A DNA stretch of 33,694 bases from Dehalococcoidia bacterium (GTDB lineage: Bacteria > Chloroflexota > Dehalococcoidia > UBA2979), in NCBI GenBank assembly GCA_004297315.1, contig SCTU01000075.1, positions 1 through 33,694 on the forward strand. The letters are read 5' to 3'. Numbering within the stretch: the first letter of the stretch is position 1; the number at the start of each line of letters is the position of its first letter. Shown here in pieces: positions 9,378 to 18,929 of the stretch. The notes under the pieces were generated by a model that made no database searches, was not told the origin of the DNA, and saw only the letters and a program-made list of their open reading frames with translations. The position numbers and the translations under genes are program-made.

Positions 9378-10649
9378 CTACGCGCGCCGGATCGCGCGGT
9401 TGAAGACGAAGATCAAGAGGAACATCCCCAGGCAGACGACGAAAAAGCCGAGTTCGGCTGAGCGCACGCCGGCACGGTTGATCATGAAGCCCATCGCCAG
9501 GACACCGAACGGCGTGATGCCGAATCCCATCTGCCACGCAGCCATCCCGCGTCCCTGCATGTCCTGCCGCAGCGCGGTCAGGAAAAGCGTGTTCCCCAGC
9601 GCGAGGCAAAAGCCGTGGATCACGCCCGCGGCGATCAGGACGGCCATCGACTGCCAGAGCTCGCGCGTTTGCGTGAATGCCATCACCAGGAGGGCGTAGG
9701 CGATGAGCCCGCCGAGCGTCAGCGGTCCGCCGTGCCGCAACCGGTCCCCTATGACAGCGAGGCCGAGCAAGCCGAAGATCGACCCAATCCCGATCGCGGA
9801 GACCAGCAGGCCGTACGTACCCGATCCGTGTCCGAGTTCGACCCGGGCGAACAGCGGCATGAACGAGATGTAGGGATAGATCAAGAGCGCGGGCAGCGTG
9901 TTCACCGCTAGTAGCACGCGCGTCTGCGGTTCGCCCATGACGTACTTGAAACCAGCGGCAATATCGCTAAGCGGGTTCCGGGGTTGCCGATAGACCGCGG
10001 GGACCGCGGGCCGGCTCATCATGAGCGTATTGACGCACGCAAGACCTCGCATCGCCGCGACGAAGATGAAGGGCGAGGCCAGCGAGGCCGCCGTGAGGAT
10101 GCCGGCGAGCGACGGGCCGAGGATGCGCGAGATGTTCTGGGCGATGGAGTTCATCGCGATCGCGTTGGGCAGGGTCGCGGGCGTCATGAGGTCGGCGACA
10201 AACGCCTGGCGTGCGGGCTGGCTCATCGCCGTCGTCAGCGCGGTTAGGAGGCTGAACGCGTAGACGTGCCAGACCTGGACATGCCCGCTGAACACGAGGA
10301 CAGCCAGCCCGGCCGCCTGCGCGGTGTCGGCCAGCGTGGCCAGGACGATGACCGTGCGCCTCGGATAGCGGTCCGCCACAATGCCGCCGACGGGCGTGAG
10401 GAGGAGCGAAAGCACGCCGCCAATGAAGGCGACGTTCGCCAGCTGAATGGCGGACTCCGTGAGCACAAAGACGAGCCAACCCAGCGCGATCTGCTGTCCC
10501 CACTGTCCGAAACCAAGCGAGATCGTGCTGAGCGTGAGCAGGCGGAAGTCGCGGTTTCGGAGGGATTCGAAGGCACCCTTTCGCCGCTTCCCCGGGGCCG
10601 GTCCGGCGTGAGGGGTCGCAGAGGACTCGGGCTGGGTCTCGGAGGCCAT
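9378..10649 (-). CDS. MFS transporter (MFS_3/EntS-like)
   Basis: SLRNRDFRL, GGIVADRYPRR, PARQAFVADL, NAIAMNS and RILGPSLAG. Start moved to ATG 10649 because the longer ORF runs into the divergent cop promoter. Confidence 0.88.
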   Translation of the reverse strand: MASETQPESSATPHAGPAPGKRRKGAFESLRNRDFRLLTLSTISLGFGQWGQQIALGWLVFVLTESAIQLANVAFIGGVLSLLLTPVGGIVADRYPRRTVIVLATLADTAQAAGLAVLVFSGHVQVWHVYAFSLLTALTTAMSQPARQAFVADLMTPATLPNAIAMNSIAQNISRILGPSLAGILTAASLASPFIFVAAMRGLACVNTLMMSRPAVPAVYRQPRNPLSDIAAGFKYVMGEPQTRVLLAVNTLPALLIYPYISFMPLFARVELGHGSGTYGLLVSAIGIGSIFGLLGLAVIGDRLRHGGPLTLGGLIAYALLVMAFTQTRELWQSMAVLIAAGVIHGFCLALGNTLFLTALRQDMQGRGMAAWQMGFGITPFGVLAMGFMINRAGVRSAELGFFVVCLGMFLLIFVFNRAIRRA

Positions 10650-10718
10650 TCGCGCACCCTTCTTCGAGGCCCGCAACGATAACGCGCGCGTCCGTCCGGG
10701 GCGCGTGCCGTCCCGGGT

Positions 10719-10749
10719 TTGACCCATACCCCCCGGGTAGGGGTATCAT
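10719..10749 (+). promoter_or_regulatory. cop operon promoter with CsoR operator
   Basis: -35 TTGACC (10719-24) and -10-like TATCAT (10744-49). Between them lies the pseudo-palindrome ATACCCC-N7-GGGGTAT (10726-10746), the C/G-tract operator typical of CsoR. csoR is in the operon. Confidence 0.85.
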
Positions 10750-10770
10750 CGCCTCGAAGGAGAGCCGCCA

Positions 10771-11331
10771 ATGCCTCAAATGACCCTCTATGCCCCAGAC
10801 ATCACCTGCGACCATTGCATCGCCACGATCAAAAAGACCGCGACCGGCGTGGGCGGGGTCCAGTTCATCGACGGCGACCCCGAGTCGCGCTCGTTCCGCC
10901 TCGACGTGCCGTCCGGCGCCGCGTTCGACGCCGTTGCGGCGGCGCTCGCGGACGAGGGATACCCGCTCGGTGGCCCGGAGGACGCGCCTACCGGCGGCGG
11001 GATGGCAAGCGCCGTTAACGTCACGCTGATGCCGATGGCCGGGGCGGCGCCGGCGAAGCGCGCCTTCGTCCCGACGTATGCCCCGCAGGCCACTTCGACG
11101 GGCGCCGACGTCGTCTACTCCTGCCCCTGCGGTTCGACCACCGAGGTCTTCCACTACGACCGCTCGCGCGCCGAACAGAAGCCTGAGGCCTGTTGCAACC
11201 ACCAGGTGCTCGTCGCCCCGGACGCCGCCGCGCGCCTGCGCACGCTCGAGGGGTACGAGGTGATCGACGTGCAGCGCGTCACGATGCCGTGGGGACAGCC
11301 GGTGGAGGCCGCGATGGCGGTCCGCCGCTAG
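10771..11331 (+). CDS. CopZ-like HMA protein with an extra C-terminal Cys/His-rich domain
   Basis: N-terminal ITCDHC...EGY HMA fold; C-terminal CPC..CCNH; SD AAGGAG. Confidence 0.8.
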   Translation: MPQMTLYAPDITCDHCIATIKKTATGVGGVQFIDGDPESRSFRLDVPSGAAFDAVAAALADEGYPLGGPEDAPTGGGMASAVNVTLMPMAGAAPAKRAFVPTYAPQATSTGADVVYSCPCGSTTEVFHYDRSRAEQKPEACCNHQVLVAPDAAARLRTLEGYEVIDVQRVTMPWGQPVEAAMAVRR

Positions 11332-11352
11332 GCGTCCCGAAGGGAACGTTGC

Positions 11353-11619
11353 ATGGACTCGCACACGCGCGCCGACGTCCTCAAGCGCCTCAACTACATC
11401 GACGGGCATCTCCAGGGCGTCCGCAAAATGATCGAAGAGGACCAGTACTGCGTGGACGTGATGAAGCAGGCGTTCGCCGTCCGCCGCGCCATCGAAAAGT
11501 TGGAGGCGACGATGCTGGACGGGCACCTGCACCACTGCGTGGCGGAGGCCGTCCGCGCCGGCGAGACCGAGCAGGTCTTCGGAGAACTCGTCGAACTGTA
11601 CCGTCTCGCGAACAAGTAG
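11353..11619 (+). CDS. csoR: Cu(I)-sensing repressor CsoR
   Basis: [22 protein letters not shown] and HLHHCV give the C-H-C fingerprint. Confidence 0.93.
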   Translation: MDSHTRADVLKRLNYIDGHLQGVRKMIEEDQYCVDVMKQAFAVRRAIEKLEATMLDGHLHHCVAEAVRAGETEQVFGELVELYRLANK

Positions 11620-11632
11620 CCGAAAGAGTCCC

Positions 11633-14011
<2,379 letters not shown>

Positions 14012-14021
14012 TGGCGGGCGC

Positions 14022-15239
14022 CTAGCCCCCGAGCTGCTCGATCTGCGAGGCCAGTTCGAGGCGGTGCTCGGACTCGGCGGAGGCGGGCTCGGCTGCGGGA
14101 CGTTGCCGCGGCAGCGCGAAGCGAAGGAGCAGCGGCGCGGCCAGCGTTGTGAGCAGCGTCACCGCGATGCTGGCCGTGTACGTGTTGTCGCCGATCACCC
14201 CCGACTGATGGCCCAGCACCGCGATCACGAGGGCGACTTCGCCCCGCGCGATCATCCCCGTGCCGACCGCGAGCGACTCGGCGTGGGTGAAGCGCCCCAG
14301 CCGCGCTCCGCCGTAGCAGCCGACCACCTTCGTCGCCACAGCCACGACCAGCAGCAGGGCGGTGAACACCGGCACCGCGCGCAAGCCCGCGAGGTCGGCG
14401 GACATCCCCGTGGTCACAAAGAAGATGGGGGCGAAGAGCGCGTACCCGATCAGATTGCCGAAGTCCGCCAGGTCTTCCTGCAGGATCGTCCGTCCGAACA
14501 TCACCCCGGCGAGATAGGCGCCCGAGATCGCGGCCAGCCCGCCGATCTGCTGGGCCGCCCACGCGAATGCCAAGACCAGCGCGAGTACTTCGAGGAAGCG
14601 GTGCTCGCGCGTCTCCATGAGGACCAGGCGGACGGCGGCCATCTTCGTGATGAAGTGGCCGGCGATCAGCGCAGCCGGGATGAAGACCGCCAGCCGGACC
14701 AGGTCGCCGGCGCCACCGCCGCCCTCGATGCTGACGACCACGGTCAGGACGACCACCCCGATGATGTCGTCGATCACCGCCGCGCCGAGGATCGCGCTCC
14801 CGATCCGGCTCTGCAGGAAGCCCGCCTCCTTCAGCACGTGGGCGGACACCGTGACGCTCGTCGCGGTCATGATCGTCCCGATGAAGACGGCCTCCGAGGT
14901 GCCGTAACCAAAGGCCATCGCCAGGCCAGCCGCCGCGGCCATCGGCATGGCGACGCCGCCCACCGCCGCCAGCGTGGCGGCGATCCCGACGCGCCGCATC
15001 TCGACAAGGTCAGTCTCGATACCGGCGACGAATAGCAGGAGCACCACGCCGATGCTCGACATGCCCTCGAGCGCGGCGGACGGGTGGATGAGGCCGGTCA
15101 CGCTCGGACCCAGCAGGACGCCGGCGACGAGCACGCCAAACACGCTCGGGAGCCCGAGTCCGGTCGCGATGGAAGAGGTGATCCGGGCCGCCAGCAGGAT
15201 CAGCGCGAGGCTGATCAGGAGTTCGGCGGAGGATTCCAC
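14022..15239 (-). CDS. CPA2 cation:proton antiporter, NapA-type, without an RCK domain
   Basis: LLFVAGIETD, ATSV, AAVIDD, PIFF, TKVVG and MIARGEVAL motifs; about 12-13 TM segments; SD GGAG. Confidence 0.9.
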   Translation of the reverse strand: MESSAELLISLALILLAARITSSIATGLGLPSVFGVLVAGVLLGPSVTGLIHPSAALEGMSSIGVVLLLFVAGIETDLVEMRRVGIAATLAAVGGVAMPMAAAAGLAMAFGYGTSEAVFIGTIMTATSVTVSAHVLKEAGFLQSRIGSAILGAAVIDDIIGVVVLTVVVSIEGGGGAGDLVRLAVFIPAALIAGHFITKMAAVRLVLMETREHRFLEVLALVLAFAWAAQQIGGLAAISGAYLAGVMFGRTILQEDLADFGNLIGYALFAPIFFVTTGMSADLAGLRAVPVFTALLLVVAVATKVVGCYGGARLGRFTHAESLAVGTGMIARGEVALVIAVLGHQSGVIGDNTYTASIAVTLLTTLAAPLLLRFALPRQRPAAEPASAESEHRLELASQIEQLGG

Positions 15240-15333
15240 GAGTGCTCCGGGACGCTAGCCCGGGCCAACTGCTGCCCGAGCGGATTCAGACGGTCGCAGC
15301 AGCCCCAGGCCTGCCGCGATCGCGATCACGGTA

Positions 15334-15420
15334 CTACTGCTGCGCAGAACGCCGGCTGCGGAAGTAGTGGATCGCGGTGCTGACTGCGAAGAGACCGAAG
15401 AAGACGATTCCCGGTGCCAT
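15334..15420 (-). CDS. Putative 28-aa membrane peptide (MAPGIVFFGLFAVSTAIHYFRSRRSAQQ)
   Basis: Read by hand; below the ORF-track cutoff. ATG...TAG with a hydrophobic helix and basic tail, G/C-ending codons, and a candidate promoter about 50 nt upstream. Confidence 0.55.
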   Translation of the reverse strand: MAPGIVFFGLFAVSTAIHYFRSRRSAQQ

Positions 15421-15469
15421 CTCAGATTCCCGTCTGCCGGCCTCGTGGGAGAGGTGTCCGACATTCAGG

Positions 15470-15523
15470 ACGTTACGGAGCCCATGTTTCGTGAAGGTGA
15501 CGCCGGAGTCTCAGTCACGTGAC
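15470..15523 (-). promoter_or_regulatory. GlnR-box-like tandem operator plus -10 element
   Basis: The minus strand reads GTCAC-N6-GAGAC-N6-GTCAC-N6-GAAAC (15523-15486), then N10, then TAACGT (15475-15470). Confidence 0.7.
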
Positions 15524-15558
15524 GAGTTCATTGCTTCTGCCGCGCCCGCATACACGCG

Positions 15559-15586
15559 AAAGGGGCGAGGCCGCAGCCTCGCCCCT
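15559..15586 (-). terminator. Intrinsic terminator after amt
   Basis: Stem AGGGGCGAGG / CCTCGCCCCT (15561-15586), 24 nt after the amt stop, with a short U-tract on the minus strand. Confidence 0.75.
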
Positions 15587-15610
15587 CTTGGTTCGTGGTT
15601 TGCCTCGAAA

Positions 15611-17797
15611 CTATCGGGCCCCGACGAATTCTCCCGTCATCGCACTGCCGTAACCGGGGATCTCCTGGGGAGGGTACGCGTGCGTGCCCATCTCCGGGAT
15701 GTCCAGACCGGCCATCTCGTCCTCAGGCTTCGAGCGGAAGATGCCCATCGCCTTCAGGACCGAGAAGAGTACGAACGAGGTGCCGAACGACCAGACGATG
15801 ACCGTCACAGCACCCACGAGTTGCGCCACGAGCTGCGCCCCGTCCCCGAAGAAGAGCCCCTTGATCGGGTGCCCCACCACGAGGAAGTCCGGCGCCGTCC
15901 CGTCCGCAAACAGTCCGACACAGAGGATGCCGAAGACGCCGCTCACACCGTGGACGGCGATCGCACCCACGGGGTCGTCGACCTTGAGCACCCGGTCGAT
16001 GAAGCCCATCGCCCAGCACGTCAGGACTCCGGCCATCCCGCCGATCAGGACGGCGAGGATCGGGCTGACGTACCCGGACGGGGCCGTGATCGCCACCAGG
16101 CCGGCCAGAATGCCGTTGATCATGTAACCGGGGTCGTACTTGCCCAGGGTCATCCGCGCGAAGGCCATCGCGGTCACGGAGCCGGCAGCACCTGCCAGCA
16201 TCGTCACCACCGCGACTTCGCCGATACGCAGGTTGCCGCTGCCGGCAGCGCCGAGCGTCGAGCCCGGGTTGAACCCGAACCACCCGAACGCCAGGATGAA
16301 CGTCCCGATCGCCGCCATGTTGATGTTGTGGCCCGGCATCGCGTTCACGCTGCCGTCTCGGTTGTACTTGCCCAGCCGCGGCCCCAGCACCCACGCCGCG
16401 GCGAGTGCGGACCATCCGCCGACGGAGTGCACCACGCCGCTCCCGGCGAAGTCCACATACGGACGGCCGATCACGGAGTCCTTCAACTGGAAGAGCCAGC
16501 CGCCGCCCCACGCCCAGTTGCCGAACATCGGGTAGATGAACCCACCGATGAACACGCCCCAGATGAGGAACGACACCCAGCGCCATCGCTCGGCGACCGC
16601 GCCCGTGAGGATCGTCGCCGCGGTGTCCATGAACACCATCTGGAAGAGGAACAGTACCGCGATGCCGACGTCGAGCACGTTCGGCCCGAGGAAGAAGCCC
16701 TTGTAGCCGAAGAGGCCCCACTTCGTGCCCGCGAGCGTGATCCCGGCTTCCTTGTCGAGCGCGAGCAGGCCCGCACCCAGGTTCGTCGGGCCGGTGAGGC
16801 CAACACCACCGAACTGGATCGCGAAGCCGACCGCCCAGTACGCGAGCATGCCGACGCCGTAGATCATGAAGTTGGTCATCATGACCTGCATCGCGCTCTT
16901 GGCACGGCAGAAGCCGGTCTCCACCATCGCGAAGCCCGCCTGCATGAACATGACGATGTAACCGGTGACCAGCACCCAGACGAAGTTGATCGCCAGGCGG
17001 TTCTGGTTCACGTACGCAGCCAGGTTGTAGGCGAACGGCTCTTTTGTCTGCGCTTCCGCGAACATCTTCGCGGTGGCATCGGCGTCCAGCGCCCCGTCCT
17101 TGTCGAGTACGGCGAGGCTGCCCCCGCCGACTCCGACGCCGGCGAGGTCCTCTGGGGTGCCGACCTTCGTACCGGACACGTCGAGTGCTGGCCCGTCGTC
17201 CGGGCCGTCGGCGAAGGCGGTGTGCGCGCCCAGTCCGAGCAACAACGCGACCGCGACCACCGGCACGATCAGCAGCGCCGGCCGGATCGCCTTGACGGAC
17301 GGCGTGGCGCCCGCGGCCGTCTTCACGGGCCTGAGGTGGCGCGTGAGCGCTGCCGTCACCAGCGGGTACCGCTTGAGGGCCACGCGCACGTCGAAGCGGT
17401 TCGAGGTCGCTGTGCCAATGAGGCGGACGCTCCCCTTGCGTGCTTCGTACCCGCTGAACTCCGCCCAGGGGCGGAACACCACGCGGTTCACCGCGATGCC
17501 GGTGCTCGTCAGGCGATAGCGGACCGGGCGGCTCACGACGGCATACATCGCAAGCATCGCGACGAGTTCAAGTCGCGCATGAACCACACCCGAAAGTGAG
17601 CCCAGCACGAGCAGAACCCCGAGTGAGTAGATGGAGAACTGGTGGTAGCGCAGCCGCTCCGAGAAGGAGAGGTTGAACTCGCGTTCCATTTTCCCCTCGA
17701 CCTTTGCGCCGCGGATGGCGACCACCCGCGAGAGCGCGGTCAGGATGGTGAAGAGCAGCGGCATCAAGAAAAGTGCCGTGGTCAGTTGCGGGGTCAT
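15611..17797 (-). CDS. amtB: Ammonium transporter (Amt) with a long N-terminal extension, 728 aa
   Basis: MQAGFAMVETG, FQMVF..GAVAER, WGGGWL, DFAGSGVVH, GWFGFNPGS, DDPVGAIAVHG and C-terminal EMAGLD. Start chosen at ATG 17797, 8 nt after the TPR gene stop. Confidence 0.93.
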   Translation of the reverse strand: MTPQLTTALFLMPLLFTILTALSRVVAIRGAKVEGKMEREFNLSFSERLRYHQFSIYSLGVLLVLGSLSGVVHARLELVAMLAMYAVVSRPVRYRLTSTGIAVNRVVFRPWAEFSGYEARKGSVRLIGTATSNRFDVRVALKRYPLVTAALTRHLRPVKTAAGATPSVKAIRPALLIVPVVAVALLLGLGAHTAFADGPDDGPALDVSGTKVGTPEDLAGVGVGGGSLAVLDKDGALDADATAKMFAEAQTKEPFAYNLAAYVNQNRLAINFVWVLVTGYIVMFMQAGFAMVETGFCRAKSAMQVMMTNFMIYGVGMLAYWAVGFAIQFGGVGLTGPTNLGAGLLALDKEAGITLAGTKWGLFGYKGFFLGPNVLDVGIAVLFLFQMVFMDTAATILTGAVAERWRWVSFLIWGVFIGGFIYPMFGNWAWGGGWLFQLKDSVIGRPYVDFAGSGVVHSVGGWSALAAAWVLGPRLGKYNRDGSVNAMPGHNINMAAIGTFILAFGWFGFNPGSTLGAAGSGNLRIGEVAVVTMLAGAAGSVTAMAFARMTLGKYDPGYMINGILAGLVAITAPSGYVSPILAVLIGGMAGVLTCWAMGFIDRVLKVDDPVGAIAVHGVSGVFGILCVGLFADGTAPDFLVVGHPIKGLFFGDGAQLVAQLVGAVTVIVWSFGTSFVLFSVLKAMGIFRSKPEDEMAGLDIPEMGTHAYPPQEIPGYGSAMTGEFVGAR

Positions 17798-17805
17798 CGG
17801 AAGTC

Positions 17806-18339
17806 CTATCCCAGTGCCGTCGCGACGGCGGGTTCGGCTGGTTGAGTACGGCGCCGCCACGGACGCCAGCCCTTCGGCCACCGCGGCAGCGCGGTCTCGC
17901 GGTAGAAGAGCCCCTTGCTCTTGTCGATGCAGAAGCGCCGCATCTCGAAGGCGGCCCGGTACTCGGGCTCACCGGACGCGTGCTCAAGCGCCGCATTGAG
18001 GTGCGGCACCGATTTGTCGTAGAACCCGAGGCGCGCGAAGTACTCCGCCTGGGCCATCTGGCAGGCGAACTCGCCGGGCGTCTCGGCCAGCGCGCCCTCG
18101 ATCAGGTCCTGCGCCTCGTGCACCCGACCCATCCGGACGTAGGCGACGCCGAGGCTGGCACGGGCTGCCGTCCACGAGGGGTATTCCGCCACCACACGTT
18201 CCAGCAGCGGGATCGCGTCCGTGACCTGCCCGATGACGAGCAGGTGATGGGCGCGCGTCCAGGCCTCCGCAGCCGGTGGCGCCGGGAGATGCGACGACGC
18301 GACGGCGCCACCGCCTGCAACCACTTGCTCTGCAGTCAC
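17806..18339 (-). CDS. Tetratricopeptide-repeat protein, 177 aa
   Basis: TPR-like helices (AIPLLERVVAEYPSW, ARASLGVAYVRMG..EAQDLIEGALAETP, AEYFARLG). Strong SD AAGGAGG before GTG 18339. Confidence 0.8.
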   Translation of the reverse strand: MTAEQVVAGGGAVASSHLPAPPAAEAWTRAHHLLVIGQVTDAIPLLERVVAEYPSWTAARASLGVAYVRMGRVHEAQDLIEGALAETPGEFACQMAQAEYFARLGFYDKSVPHLNAALEHASGEPEYRAAFEMRRFCIDKSKGLFYRETALPRWPKGWRPWRRRTQPAEPAVATALG

Positions 18340-18467
18340 GGGCAACCTCCTTCGCCGCACGTGCGACGGTCCCGCGCGCGCACGCAGGCGCACACTTTGC
18401 GGGCGTGCGAGGGGTAGGAGGCGACCAGCGATGCGATGCACGCCGGTGGAGAGTTCCGCCCCCCTCC

Positions 18468-18571
18468 GTTTCCGCTTGATGCGGAGATTGCCGCTCAGAT
18501 GTTTCCGAGTGTTGGAGAACAGGCGTCGATTGGATGTACTTTCGGTGTCCGCAATGTTTCGCGCGCGTCTC
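18468..18571 (-). promoter_or_regulatory. Phased GAAAC repeats and candidate promoter of the TPR-amt operon
   Basis: GAGAC-N6-GAAAC-N6-GACAC (18571-18545), plus GAAAC at 18505-18501 and 18472-18468, all in 11-bp register. GAAAC-N10-CAATCT is the candidate -10. Confidence 0.55.
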
Positions 18572-18634
18572 AGAGGTTGGAGACAGTGCCGCCCGGGCTG
18601 GCATTCAAGCCGCCCAGAGTCAGGCCTATGAGAT

Positions 18635-18734
18635 CTAGTAGTGGATCGCGCGCGGCGCGCCGCCGTCCGCCGCGATCGCGTCGCCGTTGATCGCGACCGA
18701 CAGCGGAGAGGCGAGGAATGTCACGACGGCCGCG
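18635..18734 (-). pseudogene. Orphan 3' fragment of the SDR gene (last 32 codons plus stop)
   Basis: 89/100 nt identical to 20223-20322; translates to AAVVTFLASPLSVAINGDAIAADGGAPRAIHY*. Confidence 0.9.
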
Positions 18735-18756
18735 CGGCCTTCGCCGCCGTGTCAGA

Positions 18757-18785
18757 TTGACGGGCGCGGACGGAGCCATCACGAT
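18757..18785 (+). promoter_or_regulatory. Sigma70-type promoter for the leader-MFS unit
   Basis: TTGACG-N17-CACGAT. Confidence 0.55.
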
Positions 18786-18818
18786 GCGTGCAACGCCGCA
18801 GGCGCTCAGGAGGACACT

Positions 18819-18872
18819 ATGAACGCATCGTTGATCCGGACGTTCAACCTGCCTGCCTCGCGCGCCGCTTAA
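18819..18872 (+). CDS. Putative leader peptide, 17 aa (MNASLIRTFNLPASRAA)
   Basis: Strong SD AGGAGG; lies between the promoter and the efflux gene; followed by alternative hairpins near the MFS RBS. Confidence 0.65.
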   Translation: MNASLIRTFNLPASRAA

Positions 18873-18929
18873 CGAGCCAAACTCAACCGCTCGACCGCGT
18901 CACACGGGGCGTGACCCCGGAGTCCGTGC

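Noticed and set aside
10719-10749. 19-nt spacer suggesting MerR/CueR control
   Set aside because: The dyad is the C/G-tract CsoR type, csoR is in the operon, and no MerR gene is in the window.
15255-15300. CTGAATCC on the minus strand upstream of the antiporter, suggesting a c-di-AMP riboswitch
   Set aside because: The other conserved blocks (GGAAC, CCCGTCAGCTAAC) are absent and the space is too short.
15377-17599. 740-aa plus-strand ORF, and similar long ORFs at 9967-12003, 11645-13303, 23193-25397 and 5717-7117
   Set aside because: These are antisense or off-frame shadows of well-supported genes. They are Arg/Gly/Ala-rich with no motifs, as expected in high-GC DNA.
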